From Octopus sinensis (lineage: Eukaryota), in the NCBI RefSeq assembly GCF_006345805.1, contig NC_043001.1, positions 90,520,001-90,584,000 on the forward strand: a DNA stretch of 64,000 nt. The letters run 5' to 3'. A model generated the notes under the pieces. That model saw nothing but the letters and a program-made list of their open reading frames with translations, made no database searches and was not told the DNA's origin. Made by a program: the position numbers and the translations under genes. Numbering within the stretch: position 1 is the stretch's first letter; the number at the start of each line of letters is the position of its first letter. Shown piece after piece: positions 53,033 through 64,000 of this stretch.

Positions 53033-54072
53033 CGGATCTATTCCATCTCAATCATAGATATTTTAAGTGACTTTTTTTAACGAAATAGTTTGAAACTTCG
53101 AATACTGGTAGAATTTCTCACATGGAACACGGTTTACTCTGAACTTTTTTGTCAAAATTTCTTATTCTAGAAGTTATTTCATGTTAAAGTTGTCGTATTT
53201 GGGTAATGTCAACCTATCAACAACGCATATTAGGTTGAAGAAAGCTACTGCTGATTACGATAGTAATCGAAAATGAACAACTTCCGGGTCATCTCTATTA
53301 AATGTCACCACTCTGTTCGAAAAATCAGCACCATCGAAGAATCAACACCTAGAAGGAAAAAATATTATTTACATATATTTATTCGTTTGCCCGACATCGG
53401 TGTTTTATCCACACATAAAGCGTACCTATAGAGGAACGGGTCTGCAGCTAGCTTTTTTGTTATTAACATATATGTAGTTTCAAAATGCCTTATTTTACAA
53501 TTATGAGATGTATTGTTATTGTCATGATTTTATCTTACTATAATCAACAACAAACACATTTCGTCAATATAAAAGTCTTTATTAGATTAAAAATAACATT
53601 ATCAAAACATGAAAGTAAAACAAAACAAATAGCGGCTTATACACCGGAAAATATGGTAATTGTAGTGGCAGTGAAAAGTTTGCTTGCTTGTTGCTAGTTG
53701 ATAGTGTAGAAGGGAGGGAAAGAGTAAGGAATGCACGGTGCTGATTAGAAAGGAAGAAAGGATAAAGGTAGCATCGTCTTCGCTCGCCATACCAATAGAA
53801 TAGAGTGGGGACATTTAGTAGAAGTTGTTTCTCTTCGATTACTATCGTATTCAGCAGTAGCTTTCTTCAACCGAATATACGTTGTTGATTGGTTGAAATT
53901 ACCCAAATACGTCAACTTTAACACGAGATAACTTCTAAAATACGAAATTTTGTCAAAAACTTTCAGAGTAAACCGTGTTCTATGTGAGAAATTCTACCAG
54001 TATTCGGAGTTTCAAACTATTTAGTTAAAAAAAATAAATAGATAAATCTGTGATTGAGATGGAATAGATCCG
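53033..54072. mobile_element. Non-autonomous DNA element with 252-bp terminal inverted repeats (foldback-like)
   Basis: Left arm 53033-53284 (cggatctattccatctcaatca...gaacaacttc) and right arm 53821-54072 are colinear reverse complements with scattered substitutions. The 536-bp AT-rich spacer has no recognisable coding; no TSD seen. Confidence 0.85.
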
Positions 54073-54320
54073 GTAGCACATCTCAAATCATATATGTTAT
54101 TATCATTAAAAATTATTAAGCAATTTTTAAAGTCTGTTTCTGGGATATCGCAAAAACATGTGAAATATCCCATCATCGGAGACAGATGGTGAGAAAGTAA
54201 GAGGGTAAAGATTACTGAAATAATGGAGAGATTTGGAAAAACAGAAAAAGGTAAAAGATATATAAAAGTTCGCAGTTTAAGTTTCCATCGTAACCGACGG
54301 AGTGCTCCTATATATATATT

Positions 54321-54351
<31 letters not shown>

Positions 54352-54736
54352 GGGTGGGGGGGGGCTCACCTACCCTTGAATCTGCACTTCGGAAGTATTA
54401 CGGAAAGGCTTCTAGACTACTTGTCTAAGTCATGTTTTTCTTTCCTTTTCCTTCTTCCTTTTGTTTATATTATATGCTCTTGTTTTTCATTCTGATGAAG
54501 ATCTGTTGCCTTAATTCGAATGCCCTATGAAGATGAATTCTCGCATTTATGTATAGACTGCATTTTGACAGTCTGATCAGTAATGGCCGTAAGATATGTT
54601 AATTCATCTATTTTGTTATGTCATGCTTTGTATTAAGAAATAAGCTATAAATGTGGTCCATCGATGTGTCGGTTGATCTGTGGCTTTCTCCCTTTTCTAA
54701 TTATATATATATATATATATTATATGAATGTAAGTA

Positions 54737-54778
<42 letters not shown>

Positions 54779-54969
54779 ATATATATACAAGTATATTTAT
54801 TCGTTTACTTGATTCAGTCACTGGACTGCGGTTGTTATATATATATATATTATAGTATGCAAGTATGTCTTGATAGTTAGTACCATGCTCTTACTAATTG
54901 CTTTGAATGCCTATGTAGTGATATTCATTATCAGCTACATAGACGTGAGCAACGTGAAATGAAGTGTTC

Positions 54970-55292
54970 TGCACCTTGGGCAAATGTCTTCTACTATAGC
55001 CTCGAGCCGACCAAAGCCTTGTGAATGTATTTGGTAGACGGAAACTGAAAGAAGCCCGTTGTATATATGTATATATATATATGTATGTGTGTGTATATGT
55101 TTCTGTGTGTGTATTTGTGCTCCCAACATCGCTTGACAACTGATGCTGGTGTGCTTACGTCCCCGTAACTTAGCGGTTCGGCAAAAGAGACCGATAGAAT
55201 AAGTACTAGGCTTACAAAGAATAAGTTTTGGGGTCGATTTGCTCGGCTAAAGGCGGTGCTCCCGCATGGCCTCAGTCAAATGACTGAAACAA
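54970..55292 (+). mobile_element. SINE-A, head 5'-truncated
   Basis: gcaccttgggcaaatgtcttctactatagcc...cagtcaaatgactgaaacaagtaaaagag. Confidence 0.9.
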
Positions 55293-55970
55293 GTAAAAGA
55301 GTAAAAGAGTAACTTGAAGTTTTAGAGTAGTTCAAATTGAAGGCAACAGCATACTGATATATACACGATCAATATGCTCTTTCTTGAAGTGTATATCAAA
55401 ATGAGATCTGTAATTACAGTTGTGTATTTTATACTAAACAGTTGAATACACATCTACACCAAGCTCAGCTAGTGCTTCAGTATGTTCAATATTTTATAAA
55501 ATCGACCAAATTGTCCCACCCTGTCTGTTCTACCTCTAAACTTACTGCAACATCCATAAAACCATTGCCTTTTCTAGTATATACTACAAATATATAACAT
55601 ATGCTAGAGATAATGCAGAAGAAGAATGGTTTATAAATATTGCTCGTGAAAACATTATCCGGTGAAATAAATTACAGATAGAATTTTACAATTCTTCAAC
55701 ACAATGTTCCACTAAATGAGCTTGGAGTTATGGATCGAAAGGTACTGTTACAAATCAACAGACTAAAATTTTGTTTACATATTTATATGCAAACATATTT
55801 CGAATCAAACTCTGTAGAGTGGAAATGCTATTATGAACTGCAACAAAATTTTGATGTGTTGTGGAACATGAATGGAGCCTTGTCTAAATCAATACATTAT
55901 CTCAATAATAACGAGACCATAAAAAAGAAATATCATCAGGCTGCGTTACTTTTGATTTACATACACACAC

Positions 55971-56026
<56 letters not shown>

Positions 56027-56456
56027 ATATTTTATTCGTTCGACACATAATAAGGGGTTGCGTCCATAACCCTCACAAGTTCTCCAAGACTAACGAGGTT
56101 TGTTGCTTAACATTCTTCATGAATTGTTATAAGTCGGTGACTGCAGGAAAGCATACGCAGGCATGAATTCCAGAGGCCAAAGTTCTTTCAAGTTGTGAGA
56201 AAAAAATATACTTATTCGAAACATTCTGGAAATATAAAGTGAAATAGATTAAAAGGTAACAACTACTCTAAATTACAATGGCAACTCGATTGGTATGATA
56301 GACTAGCTCCACGAATCCACGAGAAAATTGTGTAAATTGTGTAGATTGAGGAAGATACGTTTTTAATATTGAATAAAAGATAACAAAGAAATGAAAAGTT
56401 AGAATTCAGAGAATTATTTATTTAAATGGCGAAAATAAATATGTATGTTTGTGAGT

Positions 56457-56500
<44 letters not shown>

Positions 56501-56616
56501 TCACACCCTCACACACACACACACACACTCACACACACATATACATGTATATATATTTGTATTTAAACATTTACGTTTATATTTGTATGTTTATACACAT
56601 ATATATAATATTTATA

Positions 56617-57200
56617 CGAGGGCTGATCAATAAGTATCCGGACTGTTGCCATAGTAACGAAGCTGAAGCACGTAGAATGAAGCTGCTTACACACTAAGTT
56701 TAACGTTCTAATTCACTTCCACTTTTTACAGCAATGCTTGGAAAGAAGGTGAGTAGCGTGTGATCGTCACATTGACCATGACAAAGAAAGTTGTCATAGC
56801 AATACCTGCTCAGAGGCCTACGCAAAGTTGCTGAAAGTTTATGGAGAGTATGCAGAAATGAAAAAAACATCGCAGATGTGAGGGGAAATCGTTGAATCGC
56901 CATCCGTGAGTTATAAGAGAATGTGCAGATTAGTTACAGTTCAATTCAGTCCATTATCACTGAGGATTTGGTTATGAGATGCGTGTCTGCCACGTTTCTG
57001 CCAAAACTGCTTTTAGCTGACCAAAAAGACACTCGGGTTTCAGTTGTACAAAATTTCTTTGATTGTGTCGAGAACAATGAACACTTTTTGAAAACTTTGC
57101 ATAAGCCTCTGAGAAGGTATCGACAAGCTTTTGGCAAATTTTTATGCAGATTCTCAGCTCAACTTCTTCTGTCATAGTCAATGTGACGATTATACGCTCC
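56617..57200 (+). mobile_element. Non-autonomous mariner derivative with internal inverted duplication
   Basis: Starts TA|cgagggctgatcaataagtatccgg; coding relic ISYSSIQSIITEDLVMRCVSATFLPKLL; 57095-57200 is an inverted copy of ~56755-56845. Confidence 0.8.
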
Positions 57201-57429
57201 AGTTACTCGTAAATTACCATCTTACTTATGTTAAAAACACTGATGGTTCCATAGGAATTGAGTGCAAACAGGATTGGGCCGACACTGACAACTCTAACAG
57301 CTATGAACGGATTTTGATATAATTTTAATGGGGTATTCCTAGCGGATTTATCAACCTTTTCTATGAAAATTATAAAAGAACACTCAATATTTTTATAGTT
57401 ATTGGGTCCAAATCCGTAGTAAATCTGAC

Positions 57430-58830
57430 AAGAAACTACACCTCATCATCCAACCTGAACTCAATGATCTAGTTCATGATCTAACACTTACTAAGCAACA
57501 GAGTGAAGTCTTGGCCTCACGTCTACAACAATAGAACCTGTTGAATATAGATGCTCGAATTACAGTATTTAGGTAGCGTTCTGCAGGTCTACAGCAATTT
57601 TTCACTTTGGAAAACAACTTGAATTATTGTAATGATATCAGAGACTTATTCAATGCCCTTGAGTTGACCTATGAACCAAGTGGGAGGTGGTTATTCATAA
57701 ATGCATCCCTTTACAGCATAAAAGCTGATCTGTTGTACATTGGGGACACCATAACTTCAGTTCTAATTGCTCGCTCAGTCATTTTAAAAGAGACACATGA
57801 GAACCTCGCTTTTATTCTAAACTGCAAAAGTTACAAGTGGCTAATTTGTGCGGACTTGAAAGAAGACCTACTTAATGGGCTACAAACTGGATACACCAAG
57901 TTTATGTGCATCTCTTGCAAGTGGGACAGTAGAGCCAGATCAAAACATTATGTACGCTCAGAATGGCTACCTCAGGATACTGACGCCTGGATGCCATAAT
58001 GTAAATCATGAGCCATTAATTAAAAAGAAAATCTTTTTGCCACCACTGCATATAAAACTAGGCCTAATGAAGCAATTTACCAAATCACTGCAACATAACA
58101 AGCCATGTTTCCAGAACCTCGAGAAGATCTTCCCTAAAATAAGTGATGCCAAGATTAAAGAGGGAGTATTCGTAGGCCCTCGGATTCATTGTCGCCTCGA
58201 AGTCCTCATCAGCTATAAAGCTGATGAGGACTTCGAGGTAACAATGGATGAAGCTGAACTCGCGGCCTGGCATGCATTCAAAGAAGTATGCAAAGGACTT
58301 CTGGGAAAGCACCAAGTGGTCCAGCGAGAGAGTATAGTGGAGTGCCTAATCAAGTACTAACAGATGCAATATGTCTCACATGCCATATGTCACTGAAGAT
58401 ATACTTTCTTCATTCTCATCTGTCCTTCTTCCCAGAGGATGCAGGAGATGTGAGTGATGAACATGGAGAGAGGTTCCATCAAGATATAACGTCAATAGCA
58501 AACAGGTATAAAGAAAAATGGAGCCCGGCTATGCTGGCTGACTTCTGCTGGAACCTGAAGCGTGACACACATGAGACATCTTATAAACGATGTAAATACT
58601 AAAATGTAGGTTAATACATTATATAATGCTAATAAACATGTCAATTCATTGGGAGCAAAATAAAGTTATGGTGCCGTGGAAATTGGTATAAATTGCGTAG
58701 TCGATAATTTACAAGAAAATGTGATGTGATGGGAAATTTTTATTATAAAATTTGAATTTAGGCCAATCAACTTCATAATAAAATGTGCATGAGAACTGTT
58801 TTTACTTGACCCTGAAATTTGTTGTACAGT
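57430..58830 (+). mobile_element. Chapaev(3)-like DNA transposon (CMC superfamily), frameshifted transposase
   Basis: HLIIQPELNDLVHDLTLTKQQSEVLASRLQ; WLICADLK...GLQTGYTKFMCISCKWDSRAR; LPPLHIKLGLMKQF; KIKEGVFVGP; MSLKIYFLHSHLSFFPEDAGDVSDEHGERFHQDI...RYKEKWSPAMLADFCWNL. Right end tttgttgtacagt near 58830. Family assignment from recalled motifs. Confidence 0.7.
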
Positions 58831-58948
58831 ATTATCACTGACGACTCCTGGTTCTTTAACCAGAACATGCAATTATATAAATTAAAGTCACATAGTTTAT
58901 GAAAGGTAGACAGGACATGAATGTATCTTCTTTCAAGCTGTATCTCAT

Positions 58949-58980
<32 letters not shown>

Positions 58981-59199
58981 AAAGCCAGATTTGTTATTTG
59001 CATTCAGTTTTATACGTTAACGCAAAATTACAGAATCTTGCATTACTTCGCAATAACTTATCAAGTTGTGTAAGTATAAATAGTTAGCTTACTTCATAAG
59101 CGCGCCAAAATAAAATGCTTGATCTGAAATTCTGCTCTGCGAGTTTTGGGGCAAAACTCTTCTATAACAAAGGAATAAAAATCTTCTCACTTATTATTC

Positions 59200-59470
59200 C
59201 ATTACTTTCTTCATATATATTCTTGGCAAGTGGGCGTATTGCCTTTCTTGACCTGGTGCGTTGACACGTTGTCCATTGCTTCATTCTGTGTGTGATTTAA
59301 AGGCTGCACAGATGAACATGCAATATAGTCCAGTTCGGGAACTCATGCTTTAAGAGTTCGAATTGGGCCATAATGACGCGGAAGCTCCCAAAAACATTTA
59401 TTGTGCAAAAGATGAAGGCACAGTTGATCACAGTATAGTAACTGGATGGTTCAAGAAATTTCGCCGGAAG
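59200..59470 (+). mobile_element. Mariner 5' relic
   Basis: ML*EFELGHNDAEAPKNIYCAKDEGTVDHSIVTGWFKKF, a mariner N-terminal HTH region. Confidence 0.75.
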
Positions 59471-59559
59471 TTTTTTTTCCTTCTTTTTAAGCGCTGACGT
59501 TCTTGGAGGGAAAGCTTCGTTCTTTCTCTAAAAGAAGGGCGACCTCATTTTTTCTTCTA

Positions 59560-60780
59560 CTAAACTCTAACAAATTTAGCTTCCCTCATTTCTTAATTTT
59601 TTGTAAGAGTGCTTTCAACAGTAATACGCTTAAAAACAATATTCATAGATTTCACTTCCAATACCTTTAAAAGATGTTCAGCAAATATTAAAATGCAAGA
59701 AAATACTCTTAATAAAAAAATTTGATTTAAATGTTTCGTAAACTATTGTAAATCGTTTTACATCATTTTTCGTTTTATCATCAGAACTTTGGGGATTCAC
59801 CAGAATATTATCAAAAATATTTTTAAGCTTTCTATGTTCTCTTTGACAGTTTCAACCAATCGATATGAATAGTTCCATCACGTTGGAACAAGCTTTGAAA
59901 AGTGATTTCCCTCAAATTTATCAAGCCAAGAAGTTCATTTTACATAGTTACTAAAAATGACGACACACTAGATAGAGAAAAAAATGTATTGTACATAGGA
60001 ATGTGAGAAAGACCTTGACTTAAAACAAGATTAAACTTCTAAGCATAAAAATGCAAAGAAGCTTCTAGTACTTTCTCCTTCTCTACTCTTCTCTTTTTTC
60101 CTCTTCTCTAACTTTTTTGCAATAACTAGATTCTTTATAGCTTAATCCAATATAGCCTGATCACTTCTATCTTTGCTAACGTCAGTAAATCCAAGAAAAC
60201 CTTCACAAATTTCTTCATTTCTATCAACGTAGCACACAACAAATGGAAGTTAAGATAAGCAATTCATGTTAGAAGTTTCATCCATTAAAATGGCGATAAA
60301 CATGCATTTTGTAATCTTTTTGGTCCAAAAACATACAGCACTAATCCACCGAATTAGATTGTTCTGGATAATGGATGAGAGTCGTTACAAACAAGAGGTT
60401 TTGAATGTTTTTGCCGTTTTTCATCAAATTCAGCGACACAGAGATCTAACTCCTGTTTTCAGATAACTCACTTTTATTTTGGTTACTAAAACTCAATTCC
60501 TGATTTCCCCACCCGCCAAAAGCTTCTCTTTCATTCATTGTCTTCTGATAGCAAATGATAACTGGTTGTCGAGCGCTAAATAAATTTTACTTCCTTTTCT
60601 AAATCGTATAAAATTAACATATGCTTCTAAACTGATCACTGAATTTTCGTAGAGAGTGATTGTAATACGCAAGTTATTTAAATCATCATACCCCTTATTT
60701 TAACAACTCCAAACTGAATTATCATTTGAAAATGGCTGACATGGTCAGCAATACAATTTATCATTAGAAATATTGTCAAA
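59560..60780 (-). mobile_element. Highly degenerate hAT transposase
   Basis: Minus frames FIAILMDETSNM...FVVCYVD...EGFLGFTDVSKDRS, KFNLVLSQGL and an RWNYSYRLVETV-like (TRW-type) motif. Confidence 0.65.
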
Positions 60781-60960
60781 GGTGGTGACCTGGCAGAATC
60801 ATGATAGCGTCGGGGAAAATGCCTTGCAATACTTGTCCCAGCTCTTTATGTTCTGTGTTCAAATCCTGCCGTGTTCGACTTTGCCTTTTTTCCTTTCAAG
60901 TTAATAAGGTACCACTCAAATACTGGAATAACAACTAACTCCTCCACATAAAGTTACTGA
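60775..60960 (+). mobile_element. SINE-B, diverged
   Basis: aaggtggtgacctggcagaatc...gtgttcaaatcctgccgtgttcgactttgcc. Confidence 0.75.
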
Positions 60961-61019
60961 CATCTCTCTAAAGCAGAACTAATTATAGGAAGAATCTCAC
61001 TTTGCAACCACGTAGTTTC

Positions 61020-61140
61020 GGGTTAATCCTTCTGCGCGGTACTTGGGCAAGTATATTCTATAATAGCCTTAAGCCGACCGATGCTTTGTGATTGAATTTG
61101 GTAGACGAAAATTGTGTGAAGCCAGTTGTATATATACATG

Positions 61141-61193
<53 letters not shown>

Positions 61194-61410
61194 GTGTGTG
61201 TGCGTGTGTGTGCATGTGTGTTTCCACCCACCAGTTAACAACTGATGTTGGTTTGCTTATATCACTATAATCTAGCGTGGTTTGGCAATAGGGATAAAGT
61301 ACCAGACTTTACAAAACTAAATACTTGAGTCGATTTCCACCAAACCCTTCAAGGCGGTGCCCCAGCATGGCCGCAAACCAGTGACTGAAACAAGTAAAAA
61401 GTAAAAGATA
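61020..61410 (+). mobile_element. SINE-A, diverged
   Basis: cttgggcaagtatattct...(TG)n...aaggcggtgccccagcatggccgc...gactgaaacaagtaaaaag. Confidence 0.85.
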
Positions 61411-61654
61411 CGATAACCATTTGTGCATTACGTTAAAGAATCAGTTAAATTTTTTAGGGTATCCTTTGTTAATTTTCGTCAATGTTAATGCCGGAGTAAA
61501 CTTTCTACTGTCGACCACACGTTTCTTTGCGTATAAAATAAAATTATTTAAATGGAAAACTTCGCTATTTTGCAGAGTAGTTTAAGCATTACGGATAGAA
61601 TTAGCTAAAAGTAATGGAAGTAAAGCTAGGCAATCTAATATATAAAGCTGAAGT

Positions 61655-62115
61655 TGGCTGTGTGTGTGTGGCAGGTTTGGTAGCCTTCAACTAACACTAT
61701 CTTCTCCGAGACCCTGCGGCGTAAGTTGACCAAAATTGAGAGTATGATAGAAGAAGGCTTGCTCTTCATTCCGTAGAAAAAGAAATTCAAATCGGACCAT
61801 GTTAAGACCAAAAATTATTTACCTCAAAAAGGTGCTTTTTTTCTATGAAAATCCCTATTTTTTACGATATTTTGACTGCTGTGTCGCCATTTTTCGGTGT
61901 ATTTCAACCAGAAAAATGTTCACTTAAAGAGAATAACAAGCTACAGAATGCAAAATTTTTACTTTTCAAAAATTTCAATTCTAAAGGGTCGAAAATAATT
62001 TTTTTGTGACGTCATTGGTTTTGAGCGAACAAAACTTTATTAACGCGACATCAAAGTCTGCCGTTTTAAGCGCAACTAAAAAACAAACCCGAGCAACGCT
62101 GAGCTATACTGCTAA
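61655..62115 (+). mobile_element. Possible non-autonomous Helitron-like element
   Basis: Ends with a degenerate GC hairpin cccgagcaacgctgagc followed by atactgctaa (CTRR-like terminus). The internal sequence looks repeat-like but no second copy is present in the window. Confidence 0.35.
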
Positions 62116-62839
62116 TCATTTATAAACCGGTAACTAAATATGGAAATATCTTCGTGTAATTTCAAGTATTAAAACAATACGTTCATAAATTGATCACTCA
62201 TCAACAACGAATAACTTTAAGTATGCTTTGTTTTAGCTGAGCTGGAAGTTAACTTAGATGAAAGTCGCCAGGTTGGTTGGGTCTAAACTAAGATTATGTA
62301 TACGTTAATCTGTTGGATATGCTGGAATCAATTTTCATTAATATTCTGTTACATATTTGATTTCCATATAAATCGATGGTATTCTGATAAGATCGATATG
62401 ATATTCATGTTTCTGTAATTCAATTGATTTTTCTTTATACCTGTTAATTTAATTCTATCAATAAATTGTGAAGTATATAATACAAGTGTAGCTCACTCGT
62501 ACAACTGGATGAAGTGATTTTCAAGTATGATCTATATCTAATTCATTTCATTTAAAACCCCTCTGCTTCAGCGCATGGTGAGTATGGCCAGTAATTTTAA
62601 TCGACCATAGAGGATAGAGACTTTGATGTCAGTATATATTACATGCCAACGTGAGAAAAACTATGAAATTTCGAAATAAAATTATTTTTTGTTTTCTCTA
62701 ATGTCTGTGCTTTGTCCCTTTTTCCATTCCACACAAATCTTTAACCTTCCTGAAGTTTCGCATAAACTATATGTCAATTTGAAGATCAGTATTCTTTAAT
62801 AAACGACACATTGTTTTAAACTGTTGTTTACAATTTTAA

Positions 62840-63052
62840 TAATCCTTTTTACTATAGGCACACAGCCTTAAATTTTGGAGGAGGGGACTAGTCGATTTTA
62901 TCGACCCCAGTGTTTCACTTAATTTATCAACCCCGAAAGGATGAGAGGCAAAGTCGACTTCGGTGGAATTTCAACCCCAGAACATAAAGACAGACGGAAT
63001 ACCGCTAAATATTTCGTCCGGCATGCTAACGGTTCTGCCTGCCCGCCGCCTT
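62840..63052 (-). mobile_element. SINE-B with tail C
   Basis: aatccttttactataggcacacagcc...ccccgaaaggatgagaggcaaagtcgac...ctgcccgccgcctt. Confidence 0.85.
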
Positions 63053-63748
63053 ATTTACAATTTTAATAATAATAACTGTACACATTTTGATATATTTTAA
63101 ATCTATTTCTTTTTATCTCTTCGAACTGAAATAAATGCCGATTTTCAATCAATTATAATGGAAACTTAAAGAAAATAGACTGACATTGTTGGGGTTTCTT
63201 TGAAAAAGTGTTGACTTTTTATATATAATTTTCTCATGTTTTGCTAATAAAATGAAACAATACGACGGCCGGTTTCAGTTTCTGATTTCAACTTGACTTA
63301 TCGAACAGAAGAACCTTTAAAGCTTTGTCTTATAGAACGTAGCTGTGATGCACAATTTTCTAATCTATTTCTTTCAAAGGCTAAGCATAAAAAAAGTATT
63401 TCCTATATGGAGAATTATCAGCAGTTTGGAAATGAAACCAAACTACAAAATGCTGACTCCCTTCTCTAGCACAACAAGCAGAATAATATATCTTCAGTTT
63501 TTAGTTGAAACCACTCTTCCTACGATGATTGTTCCATTGCTTATTAATTTTAATCACCAACAGTCAAATCTCTTATTACATTCTGATATTGCATTTAAGT
63601 TAGTCTAATATAGAAAAAAGTAGGTAAATAATCTATCATTTAAATTGATAAGAGAATAAAAGCTATTAGCTCAATTTACTGAAATACATTTCCGAAAAGT
63701 CTTCATTTACTAAGGTTTTAAGAACATTAGCGTTTAATTGAATAAATA

Positions 63749-63889
63749 TAAGGTTGTCCCAAAAGTTCGTAGAAAGTCTTGGAAAATAATGGTCTGTATT
63801 TTGAGGAATAATTTTTGTTGTTTTTGTTAGTACTTGGCGAGTAAAAATTCAATTTTCGCAAGTGTTTACGAACTTTTGGGACAACCTAA
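63749..63889. mobile_element. Tc1/mariner MITE (141 bp) with TA TSD
   Basis: Perfect 21-bp inverted repeat aggttgtcccaaaagttcgta / tacgaacttttgggacaacct, with TA at 63747-63748 and 63890-63891. Confidence 0.9.
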
Positions 63890-64000
63890 TAGTATAGAAT
63901 AATTTAAAATAACAATATAGCGGGATACAAAACCAGAAAATTAACTTACAGCAAAACTTGGACGCGAAAATTTAGAGTTCATTTTCAAAGTGATTACTAG

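Noticed and set aside
54485-54525. ctgatgaag...ttcgaa hammerhead-like string
   Set aside because: Stem II cannot be formed and GAAAC/GUH are absent; at best a heavily decayed PLE relic.

Overview
AT-rich animal nuclear DNA packed with simple repeats. The microsatellite load and the SINE, RTE and mariner repertoire point to an octopus-like coleoid cephalopod (inference from repeat content, no database search). I could not recognise any intact host protein-coding gene, tRNA, rRNA or CRISPR array, and most of the supplied ORFs are translations of microsatellites. The window is largely decayed mobile DNA: three tRNA-derived SINE families (called SINE-A, SINE-B and SINE-C here; about 35 copies or fragments), LINE 3' ends (RTE, CR1/L2-like, Tx1/L1-like, R4/Dong-like with RLE endonuclease), a Penelope-like GIY-YIG fragment, mariner/Tc1 relics and MITEs, two hAT relics, a Chapaev-like (CMC) transposase and a 1.04-kb element with 252-bp terminal inverted repeats. 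The strongest observations are: an intact minimal type I hammerhead ribozyme motif; two SINE/LINE pairs that share 3' tails, one with a covarying stem-loop; a head-to-tail stack of R4/Dong-like 3' ends with a covarying 3'UTR hairpin; and a SINE tandem triplication seeded by its own target-site duplication. One 74-nt minus-strand segment has good splice signals and could be a host exon. I found no clearly new biological system.
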